Shown piece by piece: positions 14,725-23,678 of a DNA stretch of 64,000 nt (positions are counted from its first letter, which is position 1; the number at the start of each line of letters is the position of its first letter). Origin of the DNA: an uncultured cyanobacterium (GTDB lineage Bacteria > Cyanobacteriota > Cyanobacteriia > Cyanobacteriales > CAWCAG01); assembly GCA_963803805.1 (NCBI GenBank), contig CAWDOD010000006.1, positions 192,001 through 256,000 on the forward strand, in the 5' to 3' direction. Under the pieces are notes generated by a model, which had not been told where the DNA came from, did not search any database, and saw nothing but the letters and a program-made list of their open reading frames with translations. The position numbers were made by a program, and so were the translations under genes.

Positions 14725-17418
14725 ATGGGACGTTCTCTTAAGGTTTCCCCTGATAATATTAAACGAGTTAAGGATGCGGTTAAACGTAATGGTTATACTA
14801 GTCAGAATGCTTTTATAAAAGCTACAGGTATCTGTAGTAAATCGACTTACAGTAATTTCTTTCGAGGCAAACCAATCGATTTTGATTATTTTGCAGAAAT
14901 CTGTGACAAGCTGGGTTTAGATTGGCAGGAAATATCTTCCCAAGAAACGAATAATCAGCCAACAGAATTACCCTTACCTCTCACCTACGAAAAAGATACT
15001 TGGGTAGGGAGGGAAGAAACTTTAATAGAATTAAAACTCAAGCTACAAGAGAAAATTCGTTTGTTAGTTATTACCGGATTAACGGGGCAGGGAAAAACAG
15101 CTTTAGGGGAAAAGTTAACGCGGGATTTACGGCAGGATGGTAAATGGCATTATTTAAACCCAGCTAATTTTGACGATGCCACCACTCCCAAGGATTTTGT
15201 TGGTTTTGCGGGAAAGTTATTAACAGAGTTGGGAGAAGAACTTAACCCAGAAAGTCTTAATAATGCACAATTTTTGTTCAACAAATTAATAGCTAAATTG
15301 CGTCATCGGGCTTATTTATTACAGTTTGATTCTCTGGAGGTTTTGTTACAAGGTAATGACTTTGTTGATAGTTGGTGGGAGGAATTTTTTAATTCTTTTT
15401 TGGCTAACTCTCAAAGTCGCTTTATCCTCACCTCCCAAGTTTTTCCTCGTCAGTTGTACAAAAGATACAAAGAGTTTCTTGGTGAATATCAATTACCAGG
15501 GCTTGGGGAAAAGGAACAATGGCAACTGTGGCAGAAGTTGTTTTCTCTTCAGGGGAAGGAGTTGCAACGGGACAGTTTACCAGGGCAACATCTCCAACAA
15601 ATCAGCAAGGTTTATGAAGGACATCCTTTGGTGATTAAGGTAATTGCAGGGGAAATTTTAGATGCCTATCAAGGGGATGTGTCAGCTTATTACCAGAGGT
15701 ATGAGGAAGAGTTTACAGTAATTGAACGCAGCGACACCCATGAAGGTTTAGAAAACAAGGTTAGGGCCAGGGTGAAGGTTGCTTTAGCTAGGTTAAAGAA
15801 GGAAGCACCTACGGCATATAGTTTGCTGTTGCGGAGTTCAGTGTTTCGTTTGGCTGTGGTGGCAGATTTTTGGTTGGGGATGTTGCCGGGGGTTAAGGAG
15901 AGGGAAAAGAAAAGGGGCAGAAATGTTTTAGAGTCCCGTTGTTTGGTGATTGAAGAAGGAAATTTACTACGGCAACATAATTTGATTCGCAGCACGGCTT
16001 CTAGTTTGTTGCAGGAGGAGGAGGATTGGCAGGAGGTACACAAACAAGCGGCAAGGTTATGGTTGCAGGATTATGAAGCGGATGCAGAGGCGGAGAATTT
16101 AGTTAAGGTGCAGGGTTATTTGGAGGCGTTTTATCATTTTTGCGAGATTGAGGCTTGGGAGGAGGCTAGTGAAATTTTGGCGATTAAGATGGATACACCT
16201 ACTCAGGAAGATTTAGATAATCAACTGGGTACTTGGGGTTTATATCGCCAGCAGATTGATTTATATAGTCAACTTTTAAACAAATTAGATGATCATTGGC
16301 AAGGTATCTGTTTAACAGGTTTGGGTAATGCTTACTACAGTTTGGGAGACTATCACCAAGCCATTGATTATCACCAGCAGCGTTTAACCATCGCCCAACA
16401 AATCGGTAATCGCAACGGAGAAGGTTCTGCTTTAGGTAATTTGGGAATTGCTTACCACAGTTTGGGAGACTATCACCAAGCCATTAAATATCACCAGCAA
16501 CATTTAACCATCGCCCAACAAATCGGTGATCGCAACGGAGAAGGTAATGCTTTAGGTAATTTGGGAATTGCTTACCACAGTTTGGGAGACTATCACCAAG
16601 CCATTAAATATCACCAGCAGAGTTTAACTATCTTCCAACAAATCGGTGATCGCAACGGAGAAGGTAATGCTTTAGGTAATTTGGGAATTGCCTACGACAG
16701 ATTGGGAGACTATCACCAAGCCATTGATTATCACCAGCAACATTTAACTATCGCCCAACAAATCGGCGATCGCAACGGAGAAGGTACTGCTTTAGGTAAT
16801 TTGGGAATTGCTTACGACAGTTTGGGAGACTATCACCAAGCCATTGATTATCACCAGCAACATTTAACTATCGCCCAACAAATCGGCGATCGCAACGGAG
16901 AAGGTACTGCTTTAGGTAATTTGGGAATTGCTTACGACAGTTTGGGAGACTATCACCAAGCCATTGATTATCACCAGCAACATTTAACTATCGCCCAACA
17001 AATCGGCGATCGCAACGGAGAAGGTAATGCTTTAGGTAGTTTGGGCAATGCTTACGACAGTTTGGGAGACTATCACCAAGCCATTGATTATCTCCAGCAG
17101 CGTTTAACTATCGCCCAACAAATCGGTGATCGCAACGGAGAAGGTATTGCTTTGGCTAATTTGGGAAATACTTATTATAAACTTGAGGATTATTCTCAAT
17201 CTCAACAATACTCTCAAGCAGCATTAGCTATTTTTCGTCAAACTGGCTTTAAATATGGTGAGGCTACAGTACTTAATAACTTAGCTAGAATCAATGAAAA
17301 ATTAGGCAATCTGGAACTAGCCAAACAACAGTGCCAACAAGCCTTAGAAATAGCCACGGAATTAGGCATACCCTTAGTTAAAGAATGCCAAGAGTTGCAA
17401 GAAAAGCTGGGCAGTTAG
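14725..17418 (+). CDS. HTH + NB-ARC/STAND NTPase + TPR-repeat protein (NLR-like)
   Basis: N-terminal Xre-like HTH; Walker A GLTGQGKT; Walker B LLQFDSLE; ILTSQ and GHPL motifs; 40-aa TPR repeats. Confidence 0.88.
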   Translation: MGRSLKVSPDNIKRVKDAVKRNGYTSQNAFIKATGICSKSTYSNFFRGKPIDFDYFAEICDKLGLDWQEISSQETNNQPTELPLPLTYEKDTWVGREETLIELKLKLQEKIRLLVITGLTGQGKTALGEKLTRDLRQDGKWHYLNPANFDDATTPKDFVGFAGKLLTELGEELNPESLNNAQFLFNKLIAKLRHRAYLLQFDSLEVLLQGNDFVDSWWEEFFNSFLANSQSRFILTSQVFPRQLYKRYKEFLGEYQLPGLGEKEQWQLWQKLFSLQGKELQRDSLPGQHLQQISKVYEGHPLVIKVIAGEILDAYQGDVSAYYQRYEEEFTVIERSDTHEGLENKVRARVKVALARLKKEAPTAYSLLLRSSVFRLAVVADFWLGMLPGVKEREKKRGRNVLESRCLVIEEGNLLRQHNLIRSTASSLLQEEEDWQEVHKQAARLWLQDYEADAEAENLVKVQGYLEAFYHFCEIEAWEEASEILAIKMDTPTQEDLDNQLGTWGLYRQQIDLYSQLLNKLDDHWQGICLTGLGNAYYSLGDYHQAIDYHQQRLTIAQQIGNRNGEGSALGNLGIAYHSLGDYHQAIKYHQQHLTIAQQIGDRNGEGNALGNLGIAYHSLGDYHQAIKYHQQSLTIFQQIGDRNGEGNALGNLGIAYDRLGDYHQAIDYHQQHLTIAQQIGDRNGEGTALGNLGIAYDSLGDYHQAIDYHQQHLTIAQQIGDRNGEGTALGNLGIAYDSLGDYHQAIDYHQQHLTIAQQIGDRNGEGNALGSLGNAYDSLGDYHQAIDYLQQRLTIAQQIGDRNGEGIALANLGNTYYKLEDYSQSQQYSQAALAIFRQTGFKYGEATVLNNLARINEKLGNLELAKQQCQQALEIATELGIPLVKECQELQEKLGS
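16321..17160 (+). repeat. Seven near-identical 120-bp TPR-coding tandem repeats
   Basis: Unit TTGGG(A/T/C)A(T/A)TGC.TAC...GGAGACTATCACCAAGCCATT...CGCAACGGAGAAGGT repeating every 120 bp. Confidence 0.97.
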
Positions 17419-17440
17419 GGAGCTGAGGAGCTGGGGTTTT

Positions 17441-17665
17441 GAGGAAATAACTCGACGTTTCAAGAAAAAAGCTTGACTTTTCGAGAAAATAACTCGGTGT
17501 TTTGAGAAAGAATGCTCGAAGTTTCAAGAAAATTGCTCGGCATTCCCAGAAAAAAGCTTGACTTTTCGAGGAAATAACTCGGCGTTTTGAGAAAGAATGC
17601 TCGAAGTTTCAAGAAAATTGCTCGGCATTCCCAGAAAAAAGCTTGACTTTTCGAGAAAATAACTC
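17441..17665. repeat. 21/22-bp degenerate tandem repeat with an 85-bp higher-order period
   Basis: Units such as GAGAAAATAACTCGGTGTTTT, GAGAAAGAATGCTCGAAGTTTC, AAGAAAATTGCTCGGCATTCC and CAGAAAAAAGCTTGACTTTTC; about 10.5 units. Confidence 0.9.
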
Positions 17666-17689
17666 TGAGTGGGATCGCCCCTCTCGTAG

Positions 17690-18135
17690 TGGCGTGACAC
17701 CGCTAAAATGTTGCTTTAGAAAAGTTGCATAACTCTTTTTATTCACGTTTCTAATCTGAAATACTATTATGTTTGCTACAGATGAATTGAATCAAGCAAT
17801 TGGCTCTGTGCCACTGGCAAGTAACTTTTTAAACAACGATCCCAAATATAAATACACCCTACCACGAGGTCTATTTCCGACGATAGCCCAACCCGGAATT
17901 AGCCAGCCAAATATAACCAACGAAAGAGCGAAGCGGTTAGGAAGGGTTGTAGGGAAACACTTGTTTCCCTGCTGGGGGGTTTGGGGGGTTAATCCCCCAA
18001 TAAAACTAATTCTACCTAACAGATTAACTATAAAGTTGGATTCACTCTTATTGAGGAATAGGAAAGTAACTTATATGTAGCATTATTTTTCATATAAGCA
18101 ATAATCTATAGCACTATTTTAACTGGGTCACGCCA
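17690..18135. mobile_element. 446-bp MITE inserted in the GTAG foot of REP copy 3
   Basis: Imperfect ~30-bp TIRs TGGCGTGACACCGCTAAAATGTTGCT / AGCACTATTTTAACTGGGTCACGCCA; GTAG duplicated at 17686-89 and 18136-39. Confidence 0.8.
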
Positions 18136-18290
18136 GTAGGGTGCGTTAGGCTGCTATGGTTATCGGGGCAAATAAACAAAATTAAACTTTGCCGTAACGC
18201 ACCAAAACCTGAAGGGAGTCGGTGCGTTACGCAATGAAGAAGAGTTAAAGCATTTTTGATGAGTATTATGACTTTGCTAACGCACCCTAC
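18136..18290. repeat. HIP1-linked GTAG REP doublet, copy 3 (its leader lies at 17671-17689, split off by the MITE)
   Basis: Nearly identical to 11945-12107 and in the same orientation. Confidence 0.88.
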
Positions 18291-19750
18291 AAAATCAACG
18301 ACAATCCTAAACTCCCCGTCAACTTCGCACTCAATTCATGCTTAATCCGATTCAGAATAGAAGCCTCATCCAAAGACTCCAAAATCCTTGTCACCACAGC
18401 TTTGGGGCCATCAGCACCCCAAGAAGCGCCGTTAGCTAAATATTCTTTCGTCACTTGACAAATACCATAGGTAGAAACCCCCGCAACTCCTGCTTGGGTA
18501 ATCGCTACAGAAATATAGGGGGCTAAGGAAACTCCTCCTGTGGCAGGGGCAGAAAGACCTAAAATACCTTTAAGGGAACTTAAACCTAAATTAGCGAACA
18601 GTTCGCTAGCACTGATTCCTCCCATGCTGATGGCGATTTTTTGTAGTAGCCCTATAGCCCCTTGCTGGGTCATGGAGATGCCGTAAAGCTTGGAAAGGGT
18701 TAAAATTGCCGCTACATCAATTACCGCTCCGGTGAACAAATCTACAGCAGTGACGGGGTTAAAGGCGATCGCAACGGCTTTTGCCATCACTGCTTTAATA
18801 ATAATTTGATTAGCTGCTTCTTCTCGGATTTCCATTTTACGCTGTACCAATTGCTCATTAACCTCATCAGCGTAAAGCATTGTATTCAGGGCAACCAATG
18901 ATTTACCTTCCTGGTGCAAAATCTCCAATATTTTTAACTTTAATTCTCCCATTTGTGGCTGCCCCGGCACTCTTTTTGTCCCCACAGTGCCATCTTCGCG
19001 GCGTATGGCTTTAGCGGTTAAGGGAGAGGCAGCCACCATAACAATCTCATCCGGAGAAAGCAATTCTCGCACTCTTTGGTCACGAATGGTACGATAAATT
19101 AATTCTCTGTCTGCATCAGGATATTGATCAATTTTGTTAAATACCAAAATCATGGGTTTGCCAACTTCCCTTAATTGGGAAAGGGCGCTATATTCTACCT
19201 TGGTAATATCCCCAGCAATAACAAATAAAATCAAGTCTGCTTGTTTAGCAATTTGACGGGCTAGAGCTTCGCGGGTTTCCCCATCAACCTCATCAATTCC
19301 TGGGGTATCAATAAGTTGAATTTGTGAGTCCCCCACCCCCGGTAAAGCGACACGCAAGACATTCTTGTCGCTATCACCAATACTTTCTGTATCAACCTGC
19401 CAATTAGCACTGGTGATAGTTTGGGTTACGCCGTGTAAAGGCCCAGTTTCAAAAATGTTTTCCCCTAAAAGAGCATTAAGTACAGAAGATTTTCCCCTCC
19501 CCACCATACCAAAAGCAGCAAGCTGCACTACTGCTTGATCAAGCTTATCAAGCATAGCCCTTAAATGGTCAATTTCTGTTTCTAAGCCTACTTGTTCAGT
19601 GGAGGTTAAATCAAGTTTGTTAACTAAGTTATGGAGAGATTTTTGAGCCTGTTTGTAGTTTAATTCTTCTTGAATTTCTGTGAAACTAAGAATTGTACTA
19701 TCTAATTCTTCTGGTTTCCAGTTAAAGAGGTCAGGGATTTGTTCAGACAT
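18287..19750 (-). CDS. Era/YcjF-like GTP-binding protein with a DUF697 C-terminus
   Basis: G1 GMVGRGKS, G3 DTPG and G4 NKID; hydrophobic C-terminal region. Confidence 0.85.
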   Translation of the reverse strand: MSEQIPDLFNWKPEELDSTILSFTEIQEELNYKQAQKSLHNLVNKLDLTSTEQVGLETEIDHLRAMLDKLDQAVVQLAAFGMVGRGKSSVLNALLGENIFETGPLHGVTQTITSANWQVDTESIGDSDKNVLRVALPGVGDSQIQLIDTPGIDEVDGETREALARQIAKQADLILFVIAGDITKVEYSALSQLREVGKPMILVFNKIDQYPDADRELIYRTIRDQRVRELLSPDEIVMVAASPLTAKAIRREDGTVGTKRVPGQPQMGELKLKILEILHQEGKSLVALNTMLYADEVNEQLVQRKMEIREEAANQIIIKAVMAKAVAIAFNPVTAVDLFTGAVIDVAAILTLSKLYGISMTQQGAIGLLQKIAISMGGISASELFANLGLSSLKGILGLSAPATGGVSLAPYISVAITQAGVAGVSTYGICQVTKEYLANGASWGADGPKAVVTRILESLDEASILNRIKHELSAKLTGSLGLSLIL

Positions 19751-19847
19751 TGGTTATCAATGATCAATTATCAATGATGCCTAACGGCAACGGCAAGCCG
19801 AACAATGATCAGTTTGTTTTTCTAATTACCTTAATTATCCCCTATTT

Positions 19848-21098
19848 TTAAAAACTTGATCTAAGTCGGGAGTTAGCTACTGCTTCTACTAAGCCGAGGG
19901 AGAGAAGATTGGTTAACAAAGCTGAACGTCCATAGCTTAAAAATGGTAGAGGAATTCCTGTAATTGGAGCCAAACCAATGGTCATGCTAATGTTGAGGAT
20001 GGTTTGGAAAGCAATCATAGAAAGTACCCCAATTGCTAGTAAAGAACCAAAGTCTTCTTGGGCATTAACAGCAATAATCACTAAACGCAGACAAATTAGA
20101 GAAAAGACCACTAAAAGAACAATACAACCAACGAAACCCCATTCTTCCCCTACAGCAGAAAAGATAAAGTCTGTATGTTGTTCTGGGATAAAGTCTAGTT
20201 GAGTTTGGGTTCCACCGTTAAGTCCTCTTCCCCATAATTCCCCAGAACCAATGGCAATGCGAGATTGTATTAAATGGTAGCCTGTACCTAAAGCGTCTTT
20301 GGAAGGGTCTAGAAAGGAGGTGATACGGGCTTTTTGATAATCTTGCAGGACTTCCTGCCAAAGATAAAAACTGAATCCTCCCACAGCACCGTTAATTCCT
20401 AAAGCGATCGCGCTACTTAACCATCTCCAAGGCATGGTTAGCCAAGCTGTTAATGCCATTAAAGCTAACCAAGCACACCAAGCGGGAAAATAGACGTTGA
20501 AGAGAATAGCAGAAGCAATGGGAGAAATCATCAAAACTAGCCAACCGGGGTTTGCACCACCCCAAAACAGCATACCTAAAGTGATGGCTCCAAATACTAA
20601 AGAGGTTCCTAAATCAGGTTGGATGAAAATTAAAATCCAAGGTACACCAGTGATAGCTAGAGTTCGGAAAACAGCCCCTAATGTAGAAGCTGGGCGCTGA
20701 TGAAGTAAGGCGGCTAAGGTGATTATTACCCCTAGTTTGGCAAATTCTGAAGGTTGTACTTCAATACCCCCTAAGTTAAGCCAACTTTGCGCCCCATTGG
20801 TTCTTGTACCAAAGAATTTTACCGCTAAGAGTAGAACGTTGGTTGCACCATAGATAAACCAGTGCCAATGAATTAAGACTTCATAACGCAAACGAGCTAT
20901 AATCGCCCCACAGCAAATGCCAACTGCACCAGCGCTTAAGTGTTTCAAATAGTAATCTGCTCCATCGTTGGTGCTGTAAATTACTAGTCCGCCAAAGGCA
21001 GTTACCCCAACGACTAAACCGAATAGCATCCAGTCTATGTTTTGCCAGGGACTGAGGAAGGACTTCCATTTAAAACTAGTTAGGGTTCTCTGTATCAT
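19848..21098 (-). CDS. rodA: Rod shape-determining protein RodA (SEDS family)
   Basis: GAQSW, QPSEFAK, QPDLGT, PEQHTDFIFS and GIPLPFLSYG motifs. Confidence 0.95.
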   Translation of the reverse strand: MIQRTLTSFKWKSFLSPWQNIDWMLFGLVVGVTAFGGLVIYSTNDGADYYLKHLSAGAVGICCGAIIARLRYEVLIHWHWFIYGATNVLLLAVKFFGTRTNGAQSWLNLGGIEVQPSEFAKLGVIITLAALLHQRPASTLGAVFRTLAITGVPWILIFIQPDLGTSLVFGAITLGMLFWGGANPGWLVLMISPIASAILFNVYFPAWCAWLALMALTAWLTMPWRWLSSAIALGINGAVGGFSFYLWQEVLQDYQKARITSFLDPSKDALGTGYHLIQSRIAIGSGELWGRGLNGGTQTQLDFIPEQHTDFIFSAVGEEWGFVGCIVLLVVFSLICLRLVIIAVNAQEDFGSLLAIGVLSMIAFQTILNISMTIGLAPITGIPLPFLSYGRSALLTNLLSLGLVEAVANSRLRSSF

Positions 21099-21185
21099 CT
21101 AACAATTGGTGGTAGGTAAATGGTCAAGGTAAGGGATATTTTATTTATTTTGCCAGAAAGGTTTTGTTCTTAGTTTGTTCCTTAT

Positions 21186-22247
21186 TTAAGCAAAAGCTGC
21201 TAGGGAAACTTTTCCGGCAATAACCTTCGCAATTTCAACTAACGCCTTAGCTGAGGGAGAATCAGGATTTTCTACGACAATTGGTATGCCGCGATCGCCT
21301 CCTTCCCGTAAAGAGATTTCTAGGGGGATGCAACCTAGTAAGGGAACTTCTAATTCTTGGGAGGTTTTTTCCCCTCCTCCAGAACCAAAAAGATCATAGC
21401 TGCAATCAGGTCGATCTGGGGGTATAAAATAACTCATGTTTTCCACAATGCCTAGCACGTTTACCCCCAATTGCTGGAACATTTTTAAGCCACGACGGGC
21501 ATCGATTAAGGAGACGTTTTGGGGTGTGGTAACGATGACGGCCCCTGCCATTGGTACAGCTTGGGCTAAGGTTAACTGGGCATCTCCTGTACCAGGGGGC
21601 ATATCAACGATGAGATAATCTAATTCTTCCCACTCTACTTGATAAAGAAATTGGCGAATAATACCATTAAGCATGGGGCCACGCCAAATTACTGGTTGAT
21701 CTGGATCGATGAGAAAGCCCATGGAAACTAGTTTGACACCATAGTTAAAGGCCGGCTCTAAAATATCTCCTTGTTCCCCCTTTTGTACTTTGATTTTAGC
21801 ATCTGCTAGTCCTAACATGGTGGGGGCATTAGGACCATAGATATCGGCATCTAATAAGCCAACTTTTGCTCCGGTTTGTGCTAAAGCTACGGCTACATTT
21901 ACCGCAACACTACTTTTACCAACTCCCCCTTTACCACTAGAAATAGCCACGATATTTTTAATGCCAGAAATGGATTGGCGATCCGGTAGAGATTTTTGTT
22001 GAGGGGTTTCTGCTGTGACTTCTACTTCTACTTCTGCAACACCCGATAATTTTTTAACTGCTTTTTGACAATCTTCAACAATAAATTCCCGTAAAGGGCA
22101 AGCAGGAGTGGTTAATACTAAGGTAAAACTAACTTTATTACCTTCAATATTAACGTTACGAATCATATTCAATTCCACCAAACTTTTCTGTAGTTCAGGA
22201 TCTTGTACTGGTCGCAATATTTCTAAAACTGATTCTTTATTGAGCAT
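21186..22247 (-). CDS. mrp: Mrp/NBP35 (ApbC) Fe-S cluster carrier ATPase
   Basis: N-terminal DUF59-like TTPACP; GKGGVGKS, DADIYGP, WRGPM and DMPPGTGD. Confidence 0.95.
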   Translation of the reverse strand: MLNKESVLEILRPVQDPELQKSLVELNMIRNVNIEGNKVSFTLVLTTPACPLREFIVEDCQKAVKKLSGVAEVEVEVTAETPQQKSLPDRQSISGIKNIVAISSGKGGVGKSSVAVNVAVALAQTGAKVGLLDADIYGPNAPTMLGLADAKIKVQKGEQGDILEPAFNYGVKLVSMGFLIDPDQPVIWRGPMLNGIIRQFLYQVEWEELDYLIVDMPPGTGDAQLTLAQAVPMAGAVIVTTPQNVSLIDARRGLKMFQQLGVNVLGIVENMSYFIPPDRPDCSYDLFGSGGGEKTSQELEVPLLGCIPLEISLREGGDRGIPIVVENPDSPSAKALVEIAKVIAGKVSLAAFA

Positions 22248-22462
22248 GGGGAATAGAATATTTATATAAAGTTAAGTAATTAAGTTGTTTAAATAAGCCA
22301 GAGTTTAACAAACTTACATTAGAGTGTAGCAAATGCTGTGAGACTATCTCATTACCTTACCCTTCATAGCAAGGTACACTAGAGTTTAGGTCATGCTGTG
22401 GCAGATATTCTGCGGACAGCAATAACAGCCCAAGGAGCGAAGCTTTTTTATGGGGAGGTTTG

Positions 22463-22744
22463 TTAATCTGATTTAGCATCAGGCATCAAAGTTGCGATCG
22501 CCAACAAAGCAAAACCGATAGCAGCCAAAGACTTTAATAGTCGCGTCGGCAAAACTTGAGCCACTCCTTCCCCAGCAATAACTCCTAAGAAGCTAGCTAA
22601 TAAAAGAGCCGCGACAGAACCTAAAAATACAGCACGGGGAGACTTGCTACTGCCCCCAAGGGCGATCGCCGCTAACTGACTTTTATCACCAATTTCTGCT
22701 AAAAAAACTGTGATGAAACTCAGTCCTAGAAGTTGCCAGTCCAT
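22463..22744 (-). CDS. Half-size UPF0016 (GDT1/TMEM165) Mn2+ transporter subunit, Hmx-type
   Basis: Single E-x-G-D-K-S motif (AEIGDKSQ) and three TM helices. Confidence 0.88.
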   Translation of the reverse strand: MDWQLLGLSFITVFLAEIGDKSQLAAIALGGSSKSPRAVFLGSVAALLLASFLGVIAGEGVAQVLPTRLLKSLAAIGFALLAIATLMPDAKSD

Positions 22745-22764
22745 TTAATTTACCCTCCTCTTTC

Positions 22765-23118
22765 TTAAGACTTTATAGCATCCCAGAGCAACGCCACAGA
22801 AACAATTATTAGTAAAGTACCCACAGCAATTTCTTGAATTTTCACAGCTAAGCGCTTAGCCAACCACATACCAACCAAAACCCCTAGTAAACTAGTAGCT
22901 ATTAAAGCTAAAGCTGCCCCGGCAAAAACAAGCCAAGGGGAAGCAGACTCAGCAGTAATTAACAAAGTAGCTAATTGAGTCTTATCTCCCATCTCAGCCA
23001 GAAAGATGGTGATAAAGGTGGAAAGGAAAACATTCCAGAAAAGAGATTTTTCTGGTTTAAGAGTAGGTGATTTTTGAGAATGAGGTGTTGAGGGTGTTTC
23101 AGGGGCTAATTTGGTCAA
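22765..23118 (-). CDS. Half-size UPF0016 (GDT1/TMEM165) Mn2+ transporter subunit, Hmx-type
   Basis: AEMGDKTQ motif and three TM helices; adjacent to its partner half. Confidence 0.88.
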   Translation of the reverse strand: MTKLAPETPSTPHSQKSPTLKPEKSLFWNVFLSTFITIFLAEMGDKTQLATLLITAESASPWLVFAGAALALIATSLLGVLVGMWLAKRLAVKIQEIAVGTLLIIVSVALLWDAIKS

Positions 23119-23252
23119 GGCGACACCACATTGAATAATTGTACGGCTTTGCCGTTGTTGTAGACTAAATTGATAATGACCTACTGGTAAGTGATTATAC
23201 AGTTTAATTATTAGATAAGGGATGCTCCCAAATCAACTTCTATTATAGATTC

Positions 23253-23609
23253 TCAAAGATGGCTAACATTAGTATCAAAGCGGAGCATTTCTTGACTATC
23301 CTTGCCATAAATATCTTCTATATGCTCATGACAGCAGTGGATAGCGAATTCTGTAAATTCTTCTAACTCAATGCCAAACATTTGCTGGAAATTCTCTGGA
23401 TGAACACGACAGAAACGAGGGCGTTGCTCATAAATCTGGCACTTCTTGGTGGTTTGGTCAAAGTTAATGCACCACCCTTTTTCTCCCACCATGCTTAAGT
23501 AGAGTTGTAATTCTTCCGGAGATAAATAGTCTTCTAAATCAGGTCTTTCTTGAGGGTTGAGATAACAGCAAGCCCCACAATTTTCTACGCAACGCCAAGT
23601 TTTTGTCAT
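23253..23609 (-). CDS. YkgJ-family cysteine-cluster protein
   Basis: CVENCGACC...WC...KCQIYEQRPRFCR. Confidence 0.88.
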   Translation of the reverse strand: MTKTWRCVENCGACCYLNPQERPDLEDYLSPEELQLYLSMVGEKGWCINFDQTTKKCQIYEQRPRFCRVHPENFQQMFGIELEEFTEFAIHCCHEHIEDIYGKDSQEMLRFDTNVSHL

Positions 23610-23678
23610 TGATCATTTTTTCAAAGAGAACAATTCAAATATTTTTCAAAGGCATTTTTGCCTTTTTATTTGGAGCAA

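Noticed and set aside
16321-17160. Diversity-generating retroelement TR/VR
   Set aside because: No reverse transcriptase and no separate non-coding template; the repeats are in-frame TPR units
17441-17665. CRISPR array
   Set aside because: Units are contiguous and degenerate with no unique spacers, and no cas genes are present
17769-18080. 103-aa ORF
   Set aside because: Lies inside the MITE, runs through GC hairpins and has no recognisable motif
11822-18300. Classical tRNA-integrated island or prophage
   Set aside because: No integrase, no duplicated tRNA 3' end found and no phage genes
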